Notes: generated from the sequence alone by a model not told the origin. Counted from the stretch's first letter, positions 25,314-36,763 are shown. The stretch: DNA of 51,649 nucleotides from Candidatus Hermodarchaeum yapensis (GCA_016840405.1 JAEOSK010000019.1:1-51649); one strand, 5' to 3'. Numbers and translations: made by a program.

Positions 25314-25940
25314 CTATTCCTTGGTTAATTCACGGGATTCCTTCTTTAGATGCTGAATCTCTTTCTTCACGAGACGAATCGCCTGATTAATCATCTTTTC
25401 ATGGTTTTCAAGAAGCTGTAGGCGGTTCTGGAGCAACGCGATGCCCTTTTGGGAATCTGACGCCGCTGCATCTGGAAGAAATGTCACTTCATTAAAAAAC
25501 AATTTCGTGTGTTCTAACTTGGCCAATGCCTTATCCACATTGAGTGCGGGTGGATGTGGAAAATGGGGCCCGCCATGTTCACCAAGAATATTCCTCATGA
25601 TAACGACAAAACGAGCATGCTGTAACGCTGTGTTCTCCAAATCTACTCGCCCTTTTGAGCGGAGCTTGTAAATGATTCGACGCCGTCCTTCCTTGTCATC
25701 CTCCTTCTTGGTGATTAACCCATGCTCATACAGGTCATGGAGGATGGGATAAATCGTACCCGGGGAGGGTCGCCAACCATCACTCGCCTCTGACATGGCG
25801 TGAAGAATCTCATAGCCGTACCTCGGTCTATCAGCTAGCAGGGCGAGAATAATGCCACGCATATATCCCTTGCCTAGCTTCTTCACCGAGTGTCGTTGGA
25901 CGGATGGTTGTTCGCTTTTTCTTTGACTCAAAGAAGACAC
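25314..25940 (-). CDS. PadR-family transcriptional regulator
   Basis: ILALL...PRYGYEI......WRPSPGTIYPIL..L...GLI motif. Confidence 0.92.
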   Translation of the reverse strand: MSSLSQRKSEQPSVQRHSVKKLGKGYMRGIILALLADRPRYGYEILHAMSEASDGWRPSPGTIYPILHDLYEHGLITKKEDDKEGRRRIIYKLRSKGRVDLENTALQHARFVVIMRNILGEHGGPHFPHPPALNVDKALAKLEHTKLFFNEVTFLPDAAASDSQKGIALLQNRLQLLENHEKMINQAIRLVKKEIQHLKKESRELTKE

Positions 25941-26037
25941 CTTGATTTTATGTCGTTAATAGAAATATCGGAAAGCGATAGTATCGGATTCCGATATAAA
26001 CTTTGCGGACATCCTAATTTGCTAGGAAATGAAATTT

Positions 26038-27021
26038 TCACTTCAGAGGGCAGTCAAAAGGACCTGTTTCATTTAATAACCGTTCTACGTTATTCTGCTG
26101 TGCCGAATCTGAGAGGAATGTTCGTAGTCGGTTTGTGACTTCTTCTGATGATGGAAAGTTCGTAGGCCCTGGGGTTTCTACATTAAATGATGCGCTCGAT
26201 GAGGCGAAAAAGGCTGACCATAATGGACGCATTGTGCGTTGAAATTCAATACTGAAACTGATGGCAAAAACATCTCCACTGCCAGTATGATCTACAACAA
26301 TATCTGGCGGGAGGGCTGGAATCTCATATAACCGGTCATTGGAGTAGAGGAAGGAACCTTCTTGACCACGCGTAATGAGTACGAGGTCACAGCCCATTTC
26401 ATGAGCTACTTGTGCTCCTTTTTCAAAAGTCATTTGTTGGGTAAGATGGCATATTTCATCAAGATCGGCTTTAAGAACATCAATGTCCTTTGCCACGTCG
26501 GGAAATGATGGCCAATGAGTGGGTGAAATGCGGTGATCTTGATCTGATGTTCGCTTTCGCACATAGCCCTGGACATCGACCGAAACGTACGCTCCTGTTT
26601 GCTTCGCTTTGGTAATAATCGAGGACTCCACTTCCTGTAAAATGGGGCTGATGTGCATCCATTGGGAATCCCAAAAACGGGTTGGAACATCAGAAATTGT
26701 GATGTCATGGCCTACGGTCGGGACTTCTTGAGTGCGAGTTCCATCTTTGTTGTATTTATTCACAAATTGGGTTGTGTACTTTTGCTGGGTTACACCACTA
26801 ATATCGAGACCGGCATCGGTTAATTGTGACAAAAAACTCTTTGGAAAATCACTACCAACATTGGAGACAATTCCAACCTTCTCCGCCCCTAGCGCTGGAG
26901 CCACCATTGCGTAAGCAGGTGGTCCACCCATTTCCTGTCGTTGTTCTTCATCGAACACGATCTGGTCAATCGTGAGGTTTCCCACCACTACTAAATTGAA
27001 CTGTTTAGTCATTGTAATCAA
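26038..27021 (-). CDS. PfkB-family carbohydrate kinase
   Basis: VVVGNLTID, MGGP, ITRGQEGS and VDHTGSGDVF motifs. Confidence 0.92.
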   Translation of the reverse strand: MITMTKQFNLVVVGNLTIDQIVFDEEQRQEMGGPPAYAMVAPALGAEKVGIVSNVGSDFPKSFLSQLTDAGLDISGVTQQKYTTQFVNKYNKDGTRTQEVPTVGHDITISDVPTRFWDSQWMHISPILQEVESSIITKAKQTGAYVSVDVQGYVRKRTSDQDHRISPTHWPSFPDVAKDIDVLKADLDEICHLTQQMTFEKGAQVAHEMGCDLVLITRGQEGSFLYSNDRLYEIPALPPDIVVDHTGSGDVFAISFSIEFQRTMRPLWSAFFASSSASFNVETPGPTNFPSSEEVTNRLRTFLSDSAQQNNVERLLNETGPFDCPLK

Positions 27022-27195
27022 AATCCTGTCATCGAACCCTTGTGTTGTTATAAATTTTCCATTTTACGAAAAAATGGTATTTGATTCCATCAAACATGCA
27101 TTTCACAAAATGTATTTAAATTTCCTTACGAAGCCTTGAGTATGGCTGCACAGCGGGGAGTGAAACGATCTACTCCGCATTAGCTGGTGTTGTAA

Positions 27196-30100
27196 ATGGG
27201 GAACTCGAAAAAGACATTAATTTCGCTTGCTTTTATCCTTGGTATTCTGCTCGTAGTCCCTCACTCGCAGAATTTAGTGCCTGCGGTACGCAGCGGAGCG
27301 CCACCTAATTCACCCTATACCGGCAGTGGAGGCTCCCTTGATGTTTTTGAGTTTGCCCGAAATGAAAGCAATGTGTTCACAGATGGCATTAACACTACAT
27401 CATTTCAATACGATGCCAGTTGGTTCCCATCAGACTATCGTGGCTATCAACTTGTCACCAGTGTTACTAATCTTGTTAGAACTGAGGATCCAATACTCAA
27501 CGGGGATTTTGACAAATACGATGAAGCCTTCAATATTGATGGGAGTCAATTAGATGTCGAAGTACACAACTGGACACTTACTCAAAATGATGGAAAATCT
27601 GGTGACGACAGTAAAAGGATTATCGCGAGTATTCACAACAATACAGGAGGTAATCCAGGAGATTGTATGGACATTGAGCTACGTTATGGAAAAACTGACT
27701 TAACGGAAGCCAATGCTACTCTTGAAAGTGAATTTAGTTATGTCTCTGCCTTATCACCAACTAACCTTACCTTCTCTTTTGATATCAAATTTTCAAGTGA
27801 TATTACTCAAGAAAATTGGCTTTTTGTGATTGTGAGTTTAGAATATCAAGCCGAAGTCATTGCTAGTTGGCAGCAAACCACAGATTCCTATCATCCAACA
27901 AGTTGGGATCACCACGCAATTACTACAAGTCCAATCAATGGAACCGTTACTCTTCGCTTAACGGTAATGAAACAAGGTGGAAATAAAAGAGCTCCAGTGA
28001 ATGGACATATTTACTTTGATAACTTTCGATACACCATTGAGACCCCAAGTAAACCCAGCGAAGTAGCTCTTACACTAAATAGTGAAGTTGTCACGGATGC
28101 GGGGGACCAAACAGGATTAGCCACCATTTATGCAGATCCTACAAATCGACACGAAGCCCCTCTTTCTAACTGCTGGACAACCACTCAAAATTATCAATTT
28201 GATTCATCCTACAACATCAGCTTTCACTATTCCTACGCGATGTATGTTAAGCATCTTCAATCTACCCAGGCAACCGCTTCCTTTTCCGCACCAGTTGATG
28301 AGAATCCAACATGGGAAGTAAACTATTCTATTCCCATGGATCAACCCCCCGCAGAGCACGTGGGGTATTCTTATGGATTATACCTCAAGCCGCTTTGGAG
28401 CTTTACTGAAGTAAAGAATGAAACCGGACACACCCTTTCTACTTATAGCTATAATGCATCAAGTCAGTTCTTCAAACTCGACAATGGCGTAGCTTCACCC
28501 GGACAGATTTATTCCATATATGCTAGCAGCCTAAACTATGTGCTCCAAGTGTATCTGCAAAAAAGTGCAACTGGATTGGGAGATTGGGAAAATCTTTCTA
28601 ATGGGGATTATTATGTAGCTAATGACTGGCTTCGAGTGAAGGCTACGTTACGACCAATTGGACCTAGTGGTAACAGTGCTAATGTTTCAATTTTTTATCC
28701 AAACCAAACATTATGGCAAAGTGAAACTTCTGTCACATTTCATGACGATAATAATACCCTAACAAGTTCGGCTTGGCAGATTCCGAACATCGAAGAAGCC
28801 GATGCAGGAAGTGATTGGGTAGCAACTTTGGCCTATAATAACGAAACCCAATGTGGATTAAAACAACAATCGTTTACTGTTGTGATTCCAACTCAAGGTA
28901 ATGAAATCTCCCCTGCGGACCAGAATCGAGTCATTCTCGGCGAAACGGTTCTAGTAAACGTTACTTGGGCAAATGATGTTACATCCCAATTCATTGTCGA
29001 TGCATCTGCTCAAATTCGTTATATCGACCGTAACCTGCAAGTTCAATATGAACCAATGACTCCAAATGGGTTGGGTGCCTATTCTGCCAACTTTGATACT
29101 GGTTCAATGAGTCCTGATCAAAATGCAGAATTTTATGTTGAGCTCTTTCGATACGGATACGTTAACGCTACCTATGCTGATGGAACCTATCTCACATTCA
29201 CGATCAACTTGGTCAATAATCTTGAATATTCTATGATAAAGCCAACGCAAGAAACTGGGCCTAATGAGTACACAGCTCAAACAACACGAGATGCAGGATA
29301 TACCAGTCAGGTTCGATTCTATGATTCCTATCTTGACGCCTATGTTCGAAATGATTCAGGAATCTGGATGAATAATGTCCGAGTTAATTTCACCTATTAT
29401 GTAGACCCAACAGGTCTCCCTGGCTGGACGCCCATCAGTACAGGTAGTTTCGTACCAGATAGCTTTGATGCCACCATCTTCCTTCGATATGATGCATCGT
29501 ATGGTGATTTTGAAGCCGTCAAATATGAAGTAAGTATGTGGGTGGATGGTTCATTTGGTTGGGAGTATGAGCAGCAGAATTTCACAATTATCATCGAGAT
29601 CGTGTCATTTGCCACTAATCTTGATGCAATTCGCACACATATTACCAATCCACCCGCAGGTTCAGGTGATGGATGGACACAATACGAAAATGACACAGAT
29701 GTTTACACAGCAAATCTCTATTGGAATGAATTATTCAACATCACCGTTTTCTACGAGAATGAAACCACTTCAACAGGAATCCCTGGGGCAACAGTTCAAC
29801 TACTCATTGGTATGAGTCTATATCCCCTAACTGACAATACTGGAGGTTACTATTACTACATACTCAATACGACCACCCTGGGCTTGGGGCAGACGGATCT
29901 CTACGTGAATGCTTCGTTGGCTGCTCATGCTGAGCAAACAATCAGAATACGGGTAATCGTTGAATCCCGAGCCACGCAATTGACAAAGGATTATCCCCGC
30001 TCTTCAGTAGAAATTCCATATAATGATGACTTCATGGTAGTGTTTAATTTCACAGATATTGTGCCATCAAGTCCAATATACATCACCAGTGCAACGGTGT

Positions 30101-33100
30101 TAGTAGAAGGCTACGAATCAGGTAAATACACCATAAGCAACCATCTGAACGGGAGCTACTCTATCCTCTTCTGGGGTAACATCAGTGAAACCATCTATGA
30201 TGTAACCGTGTATTTCAGCCTGGCAAATTACACAACTCAACACCAGTATTTGGAAATCACCATTCGCTACATCGAAACCTATGCTTCAGGATCCGCACTT
30301 TCTGGCTCAGTTCCTTGGGGTGACAACGTCACCATCACTTTATCATTCAACGATACTGATCATGGATACATAGGCATAGATGGCGCCTCTCTCACTTTCA
30401 CCTGGTTTGATAATATCGAAAATGTCGATTTCTGGATTATCCTTCTCGGTGATGGAACATATTCAATAATTCTCAATACTACCAAAGTTTCATTAGGGAC
30501 ACAGGGTTTCACTCTTACTTTCGTGTTGAATAGGACACATTATGAATCCGCTCAAGTTGCCGTCTCCTTCCAGGTTCGTGACATATTAACCGCTTTGTAT
30601 ATCGTATCTATCTCACCAGGCTCATCTGTTCCCTGGGGCGATACTCTCACTCTCACCCTAACATTCAATGACACAGATCATGACCATATTCCAATTCCAT
30701 ATGCCACGATTACCTGTGATTGGGATGAATTCTATTGGAGTTTCGCATATACCCCTGCCACAGGGGCATACACCTTAACAATTCGAACCGAAAGCCGGCT
30801 AGAGGGAAGCTACACGATTCACATCTACGCAGGCAAATCCCATTATCAAACTTTCATGGCCCTTCAAAACTTTATGACACGAAATATCCAAACGAATTAT
30901 CAAGCAGATCCATTGTACATACCTTCGCAACCTTGGGGCGATAACGTCACAATTCGTCTCTACTACCTAGATCTCGATCATGGTGGATATATCCCATTTG
31001 CTGAAATCGATACTGATTGGAATGATACTTTTTACACAATCTATCTATTCGGTAATGGAACCTACATCATCGAATTCAATACTACTTGTCGTGAAGTCGG
31101 GAGTTATACCATCTTAATCACTCTGAGCCGTACACACTATATAACACAAAATGTCGAAATCGACTTAACTCTAAGAAACATCCAAACAGATGTTACGGCT
31201 GACCCTAGCTACATATGGTCACATCCATGGGGCGACAACACGACTATAACCATTAACTATTTGGATCAAGATCATACGGCATATGTGCTAAGCGCAATTA
31301 TCAGTTTAGATTGGAATGCTAGCTACTATACTATCTATGACTTAGGAAATGGCACCTACCTCATTGAACTCAATACAACCTGTCGTAATATTGGCAGTCA
31401 TAATATTGAGATTACATTAAGTCGCCTTCATTACGTCACTCAAATCATAGAAATTGATCTTACCATCCGAGAAATTCAAACTGGCTACTCAGTTGATCCT
31501 GCATATATTCCTTCAAACCCCTGGGGAGATAATATCACAATCCAAATAGACTATATTGACCTTGACCACGGAGGCTATATCCCCGGTGCACTCATCGGTG
31601 TTGATTGGAATACAAGCTATTTCACGATATATGATTTAGGTAATGGAACATATTTGATTGAACTAAATACGTCCTGTCGTGAAGTTGGCAGCCATTCAAT
31701 TACAATTGATGTCACTCTATTCCATTATGGAAGTCAGATTATACAGGTTGACCTTACACTAAGAGACATTCAAACCGATTTTGAGGTTGATGCCTCTGTG
31801 TTCCCCTCCCACCCATGGGGTGACAATGTTACCGTTCGAATCAACTTCTTAGATGTTGATCATAGTGACTATGTGACTAGTGCTTTAGTCACTACTGACT
31901 GGAATGCAAGCTTTTACAAAATTTACTCGCTTGGTAATGGAACCTATGTTATTGAATTCAATACAACTTGTCGGGCCAATGGTCTCCACATATCACTCGT
32001 GTCTCTTAGCAGAATTCATTATGCTGGTCAAATTTTCCAAGTTAGAATTACTCTGCGTGATATTCAAACCGATACGGATGCCGATCCCTTGTACATTACT
32101 TCACATCCCTGGGGTGTTAACCTCACCATTCAAGTCGATTACATTGACCTTGAACACAGTGGATTTGTACTTGGAGCTTCGGTAGGCACTGACTGGGATC
32201 TAGGGTACTATACGATTTATGATCTGTTTAATGGAACCTATCTTATTGAACTCAATACGACGAGTCGAGATGTTGGTAGTTTTGCGGTTCAGATTACATT
32301 GAACCAACTGCACTACGAATCACAGATTGTTAACGTTCAATTTACTTTGCATGGTCGAAATACTCAGGTTTCCTATTCCTCACCTGAGCCTGTACCTTTC
32401 ACCGAGGATCTCACATTTACGATTTTCTACAATGATAGCGCTACAACCGACCCAATCCATAATGTAACTGGTAATGTCTACATCACAGTTGGGTGTTCTT
32501 CACATCCAACACTTACGTTGAACTATACCATTCTAATGCTAAACAACGGGTATGATGGCTATTTCGTTACAATTCGAACCCATAACTTCCTCGAAGTGAA
32601 TGTGTGGTACTCCTTCGTTGTCAATATCACTTGGCCTAACATCACGCCCTATTATCAAAATCAATCACTCCCCGTCAGTGGTTATGTGCGTTCAATACAC
32701 ACTTCTATGGAACTAAGCTTTGATAGTATTGTATTCTGGGGTGACTTACTCTATCTGAATGCAACATACCATGACATCGATCATGATGTCGTCTTATCCA
32801 ATGGAACTGTCACGCTCTGGTTGAGTTGGCCGTCATGGTCCCTTGTCCAAATCTATCCAGATGGGACCTACCTCATTCAAATCGATAGTTCCGCCGAAGA
32901 TATTGGACTTGCCAACTTTACAATTCGTTTCTCAAAACCATTCTACGAAACTAGTGAACAGCAAGTACAATTTACGGTTAATCCATTACCACTCTATGTT
33001 GAGGTTCTCTCCACTTCTCCGTGGGTCGCCGAATATCAGACTCTTGTGAATATTTCCGTTAGAGTCACCGATGAATATGGTCGTCTTATGAATGACACGA

Positions 33101-35259
33101 TGACCACCTATTATTGGGCTGGATTATCCCCGGTGAATATGACGTTTGTTGGAAACGGAATTTACAACATTATATTCTTCGCCAATCAAACTGTTGGTAC
33201 ATATCTTGTAACTATCGAAGCCAGCAATCTTCCCAATTACCAGACAAGCATTGGAATCGTCATGCTCAATATTATCCCCATTGATTCAGTGTTAGCCGTA
33301 AGTGGTCCCGCATCTCCAGTCATTGCAGGTGACACATTCCAAATCAACGCCAACTTTAGCACAATCTATGGTTCAGCCTTACCTAACGCAACAGTATATT
33401 TCAACTGGGCTGGAGGCAACGGAACCCTCTCCTATATCAGTGGGTGGACATTCGAAAGCATTCTCAACTCTTCAGGTTTAGATGCTGGCCAATATACAAT
33501 TTACATCACAGCTAGTCACCAGAATGTCATTGAACAGCTCCGAACGGTTTCCATTTCTCTAATCGTTATGCCTGCATACCTAGAATGTGATACGCCTGTA
33601 ATCAATGTTGATTGGGGTCACAACTTCACCGTACGTGCCCACTTCTACGACAATAACCTACTCAACATTACAGGTGCCAACATTCAATACATATGGGGAA
33701 CCCTCAATGGAACCTTGCAACCCACCGGAACTCCGGGCTGGTATAACATCTCCCTCCCAAGCGATATCTTTGCGGTTGGTGTTTATGAGTTAACCCTCAC
33801 TTGTGACCATGAGGGTTACCAATATGTCATGATTACAATCGGGTTAAATATCCAACCACGCCAAACGAACCTTGACATTATTGAAATTCAAGCTGAACTT
33901 GATGAACAAAGCATACTCATTCCATTGAATGGAACATCTTGGGAAGTCCCGCGTGGCGATATTCTATGGATTTATCTGAATTTCACTGATGGTGATGGAA
34001 TTACGGTTACGAGCGCTACTGGCGTTTATACTTGGGAGTTTGGAAGTGGTGTGCTGCAATTTTCGAATGGATTGTATTTTGCCAGTATTAACCTCACTGA
34101 TGTGACACCAGGAATTTATGGTGTTTCAATAACGCTAACTCGACACAATTTCGAAACAGCGAATGCCCCGCTATTCCAATTGACTGTTATTCCAGTACCC
34201 ACAGAGATCATCGGGCTCGATGATACCCTCAGTATCACCACTGGAGAATCATTTAGCCTTCAAGTGACATTCTACGATACTTACCATGACATTGTCATTA
34301 CTGATGCAACTCTATTCGTATCTCTCCCAGCGATTGGCATACACCAAAGACCGATGTTCAATAATGGAGATGGCACCTACACTCTCCCTGGATTATCTGT
34401 CTTAACAGAGGGAACATATTCCGTTACTATCGAATCAGTAGCGGCTCCGAAATATGCTCAAGCTCAGGATTCTATGACCTTAGTAGTAAGCCTAAGTCCC
34501 CTATTCCGGGCTGCCATTCAAGCGGGAGCAGCACTAGGCGTCATTTTGATTATTGTCCTCCTCGCTTGGCTTGCATATGCAAGAATCTACTCAATTCCTT
34601 GGATCGTTCGAAGAATGCGAAAGATGACCAAGGCAATTGACCGAGGTAAAGTTCCTTCCCTTTCTAAAAGTGATATAACTCGGATTTCAGATCGCGATAA
34701 CCAAATCGTATCAATGATTACCCCCTCGTATTCGACCCTAGATGTTCCGATTCAACCGGTGGTCATCCCAACGACAACAATACCTGCTGAGCGCCGTTCA
34801 GAAGATGAGGATGTGCTGGTGGAGCTTGAACAGCTTGAAGGATTAGGCGCAAAAGAAAAAGAGGAATTGTTCAAGCAGATGAAGAAAATTCCCGCCAAGG
34901 ACCGAGTTTGGTTCATGGAAGATATGAAACGTCAGATGGCTGAAGGGCGATTTGATTACCTACGAACTGGTGATGCCGAAGTCGAGGGCGAAGCTGAAGA
35001 AGTTGAAGCCCCAGCAACACCTGGACTAAGTCCATCTGAACAAGCGACTTTAGTTGCGGTCCTCCGTGAGGGTTTAGATCAGTTTACAATGATTAGCGAT
35101 GATGACAAGGAAGCCTTAGTACAACAACTCATCATCATGACACCTGAGGAACGCGAATCCACGATAAAGAAACTAATGGCTCGGATGAAAGGTCTTCAAC
35201 TTGAAGAACCAGACCCTGCACCAAAAATGAAGAAGCGAAAGAAAAAAGCTGATTCCTAA
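27196..35259 (+). CDS. Giant (2687 aa) single-pass cell-surface glycoprotein with Ig-like repeats and an acidic helical cytoplasmic tail
   Basis: Signal peptide, many N-x-S/T sequons, ~100-aa beta-rich repeats (PWGD...D.DH...GNGTY), TM 'GAALGVILIIVLLAWLAY', ~220-aa cytoplasmic tail. Confidence 0.85.
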   Translation: MGNSKKTLISLAFILGILLVVPHSQNLVPAVRSGAPPNSPYTGSGGSLDVFEFARNESNVFTDGINTTSFQYDASWFPSDYRGYQLVTSVTNLVRTEDPILNGDFDKYDEAFNIDGSQLDVEVHNWTLTQNDGKSGDDSKRIIASIHNNTGGNPGDCMDIELRYGKTDLTEANATLESEFSYVSALSPTNLTFSFDIKFSSDITQENWLFVIVSLEYQAEVIASWQQTTDSYHPTSWDHHAITTSPINGTVTLRLTVMKQGGNKRAPVNGHIYFDNFRYTIETPSKPSEVALTLNSEVVTDAGDQTGLATIYADPTNRHEAPLSNCWTTTQNYQFDSSYNISFHYSYAMYVKHLQSTQATASFSAPVDENPTWEVNYSIPMDQPPAEHVGYSYGLYLKPLWSFTEVKNETGHTLSTYSYNASSQFFKLDNGVASPGQIYSIYASSLNYVLQVYLQKSATGLGDWENLSNGDYYVANDWLRVKATLRPIGPSGNSANVSIFYPNQTLWQSETSVTFHDDNNTLTSSAWQIPNIEEADAGSDWVATLAYNNETQCGLKQQSFTVVIPTQGNEISPADQNRVILGETVLVNVTWANDVTSQFIVDASAQIRYIDRNLQVQYEPMTPNGLGAYSANFDTGSMSPDQNAEFYVELFRYGYVNATYADGTYLTFTINLVNNLEYSMIKPTQETGPNEYTAQTTRDAGYTSQVRFYDSYLDAYVRNDSGIWMNNVRVNFTYYVDPTGLPGWTPISTGSFVPDSFDATIFLRYDASYGDFEAVKYEVSMWVDGSFGWEYEQQNFTIIIEIVSFATNLDAIRTHITNPPAGSGDGWTQYENDTDVYTANLYWNELFNITVFYENETTSTGIPGATVQLLIGMSLYPLTDNTGGYYYYILNTTTLGLGQTDLYVNASLAAHAEQTIRIRVIVESRATQLTKDYPRSSVEIPYNDDFMVVFNFTDIVPSSPIYITSATVLVEGYESGKYTISNHLNGSYSILFWGNISETIYDVTVYFSLANYTTQHQYLEITIRYIETYASGSALSGSVPWGDNVTITLSFNDTDHGYIGIDGASLTFTWFDNIENVDFWIILLGDGTYSIILNTTKVSLGTQGFTLTFVLNRTHYESAQVAVSFQVRDILTALYIVSISPGSSVPWGDTLTLTLTFNDTDHDHIPIPYATITCDWDEFYWSFAYTPATGAYTLTIRTESRLEGSYTIHIYAGKSHYQTFMALQNFMTRNIQTNYQADPLYIPSQPWGDNVTIRLYYLDLDHGGYIPFAEIDTDWNDTFYTIYLFGNGTYIIEFNTTCREVGSYTILITLSRTHYITQNVEIDLTLRNIQTDVTADPSYIWSHPWGDNTTITINYLDQDHTAYVLSAIISLDWNASYYTIYDLGNGTYLIELNTTCRNIGSHNIEITLSRLHYVTQIIEIDLTIREIQTGYSVDPAYIPSNPWGDNITIQIDYIDLDHGGYIPGALIGVDWNTSYFTIYDLGNGTYLIELNTSCREVGSHSITIDVTLFHYGSQIIQVDLTLRDIQTDFEVDASVFPSHPWGDNVTVRINFLDVDHSDYVTSALVTTDWNASFYKIYSLGNGTYVIEFNTTCRANGLHISLVSLSRIHYAGQIFQVRITLRDIQTDTDADPLYITSHPWGVNLTIQVDYIDLEHSGFVLGASVGTDWDLGYYTIYDLFNGTYLIELNTTSRDVGSFAVQITLNQLHYESQIVNVQFTLHGRNTQVSYSSPEPVPFTEDLTFTIFYNDSATTDPIHNVTGNVYITVGCSSHPTLTLNYTILMLNNGYDGYFVTIRTHNFLEVNVWYSFVVNITWPNITPYYQNQSLPVSGYVRSIHTSMELSFDSIVFWGDLLYLNATYHDIDHDVVLSNGTVTLWLSWPSWSLVQIYPDGTYLIQIDSSAEDIGLANFTIRFSKPFYETSEQQVQFTVNPLPLYVEVLSTSPWVAEYQTLVNISVRVTDEYGRLMNDTMTTYYWAGLSPVNMTFVGNGIYNIIFFANQTVGTYLVTIEASNLPNYQTSIGIVMLNIIPIDSVLAVSGPASPVIAGDTFQINANFSTIYGSALPNATVYFNWAGGNGTLSYISGWTFESILNSSGLDAGQYTIYITASHQNVIEQLRTVSISLIVMPAYLECDTPVINVDWGHNFTVRAHFYDNNLLNITGANIQYIWGTLNGTLQPTGTPGWYNISLPSDIFAVGVYELTLTCDHEGYQYVMITIGLNIQPRQTNLDIIEIQAELDEQSILIPLNGTSWEVPRGDILWIYLNFTDGDGITVTSATGVYTWEFGSGVLQFSNGLYFASINLTDVTPGIYGVSITLTRHNFETANAPLFQLTVIPVPTEIIGLDDTLSITTGESFSLQVTFYDTYHDIVITDATLFVSLPAIGIHQRPMFNNGDGTYTLPGLSVLTEGTYSVTIESVAAPKYAQAQDSMTLVVSLSPLFRAAIQAGAALGVILIIVLLAWLAYARIYSIPWIVRRMRKMTKAIDRGKVPSLSKSDITRISDRDNQIVSMITPSYSTLDVPIQPVVIPTTTIPAERRSEDEDVLVELEQLEGLGAKEKEELFKQMKKIPAKDRVWFMEDMKRQMAEGRFDYLRTGDAEVEGEAEEVEAPATPGLSPSEQATLVAVLREGLDQFTMISDDDKEALVQQLIIMTPEERESTIKKLMARMKGLQLEEPDPAPKMKKRKKKADS
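30886..32355 (+). repeat. Five tandem 294-bp (98-aa) intragenic repeats
   Basis: 'IQT' codons begin at 30886, 31180, 31474, 31768 and 32062, an exact 294-nt period. Confidence 0.9.
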
Positions 35260-35344
35260 AAATATCAGGGTCGGCGTTTTCTTTCTTCTTCGTTGATTTT
35301 AATAAGTCTTTTAAGGGCAGACTATGGGCATTAGAAGGCATTAG

Positions 35345-35734
35345 GTGGCAAATTCAATGAAGCAAATTGGTGAAGGACTCATTAGCCTGAACAAGAGCGC
35401 AGAAGGAATTCTCCGAGTGATTACATCAATACAAGATGTCTTGACACTTTTGAAGGAATTTAAAGCAGAAGAGGAACAGGCGACGACTGACCCGAAAATT
35501 GTGCTGGTGGAAGATGCCGGAACTACAACCCTCGCTCCGGTTCTTTCTCGGTTACAAGGCGTTGTTTGCACCTCCGGAGCATTAGGTTCACACTTGGCGA
35601 TTGTCACCCGTGAATTTGGTATCCCTGCTTTAATGGGAACTAAAATCAACTATGAAGATGAATTGGCAAATCAGCGGGTTCGAATTGAACCCAGTGAAGG
35701 TAATTCTGGGGTTCTCCTCCTTTTAGACGAATAA
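35345..35734 (+). CDS. Stand-alone PEP-utilising enzyme mobile (phospho-His swivel) domain
   Basis: GVVCTSGALGSHLAIVTREFGIPALMG motif with the phospho-acceptor His. Confidence 0.9.
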   Translation: MANSMKQIGEGLISLNKSAEGILRVITSIQDVLTLLKEFKAEEEQATTDPKIVLVEDAGTTTLAPVLSRLQGVVCTSGALGSHLAIVTREFGIPALMGTKINYEDELANQRVRIEPSEGNSGVLLLLDE

Positions 35735-35746
35735 TCACACCTAACT

Positions 35747-36763
35747 TTGAGGAAGTTGAATATGGCACCCAGACAACAGGGCCCACAACCACAAAATCGA
35801 TTCCAAGTCACCTTCCTCCACCAACTAACTCCTGAACAAATTGAAACGTGTGGAGGTAAAGCCACCAATCTAGCCCGACTTAATCAACTGGGATTTACCA
35901 TTCCGAATGGCTTTGCGATTCCAACGGAATGTTTCAAAACCTTCGTGGCAACCTGTCAACAACTTGAAGCCTTTGACAACCTCCATCAAAACACAGATGA
36001 TATCGAAACGCTCATTCACTCTGCCACAGATTTCCAGACTGCTGCTTCTGAATACGAAATCCCAACAGAAATCGCTAACGAAATCATAGCGGGGTTCAAA
36101 CAACTCGTAACTCAACAAGATCCTGGTCCAACAGGATATGCGGTGCGTTCCTCAGCAACAGCAGAGGATACCAAAAAATTCTCCTTTGCAGGACAAGCTG
36201 ATTCATTCCTTTGCGTCCGCGACCAAACTCATGTTCTTGATGCAGTAAAAAGAACTTGGCTCTCTCTTTACTCTCCTCGAGCCCTCCTCTATCTGCAAAG
36301 CAAGGACATTAACATCAACCAAGTACAAATGGGAGTAATCGTCCAAGAAATGATCCTTGGTGAAGTATCTGGTGTCATGTTCACAACTAATGTTGTCACA
36401 AATGACCCAGAACAACTCATTATTGATTCCTCTTGGGGATTAGGTGAAAGTATTGTCGCTGGTAAAGTGAATCCTGATTCCTTCATTATTCAAAAACAAC
36501 CAATTGAAATCATAGAACGGCGAATGGGAGATAAAGCAGTTTACAGTGCTCCACATCCACAAGATAGGCCAGAATGTACACTTCTTAAGGAGACGCCTCC
36601 CGAAAAGCGTGAGATGTTCTCTTTAGACGATGAGCAGCTTGTTAAGTTGACAAACCTGGGTATCGAAATTGAACAAAAAATCGGTTATCCCCAAGACATT
36701 GAATGGACCTATAAAGACGGAGAGTTTATCGTTCTTCAAACCCGTCCCATTACGACTTCATAG
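35747..36763 (+). CDS. Stand-alone PEP/pyruvate-binding (ATP-grasp) domain of the PEP synthase family; start may be ATG 35762
   Basis: GGKATNL, AVRSSATAED...FSFAGQ, GLGESIVAG.V.PD, PQDIEW and LQTRPIT motifs; the protein ends there. Confidence 0.93.
   Translation: MRKLNMAPRQQGPQPQNRFQVTFLHQLTPEQIETCGGKATNLARLNQLGFTIPNGFAIPTECFKTFVATCQQLEAFDNLHQNTDDIETLIHSATDFQTAASEYEIPTEIANEIIAGFKQLVTQQDPGPTGYAVRSSATAEDTKKFSFAGQADSFLCVRDQTHVLDAVKRTWLSLYSPRALLYLQSKDININQVQMGVIVQEMILGEVSGVMFTTNVVTNDPEQLIIDSSWGLGESIVAGKVNPDSFIIQKQPIEIIERRMGDKAVYSAPHPQDRPECTLLKETPPEKREMFSLDDEQLVKLTNLGIEIEQKIGYPQDIEWTYKDGEFIVLQTRPITTS

Noticed and set aside
30886-32355. 294-bp repeats as a CRISPR array or DGR template/variable repeats
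   Set aside because: In-frame coding repeats with divergence at all bases; no spacers, cas genes or reverse transcriptase.
35747-36763. Truncated ppsA pseudogene
   Set aside because: The ORF ends cleanly at the ATP-grasp domain boundary, and the His domain is a separate intact upstream gene, consistent with a natural split.
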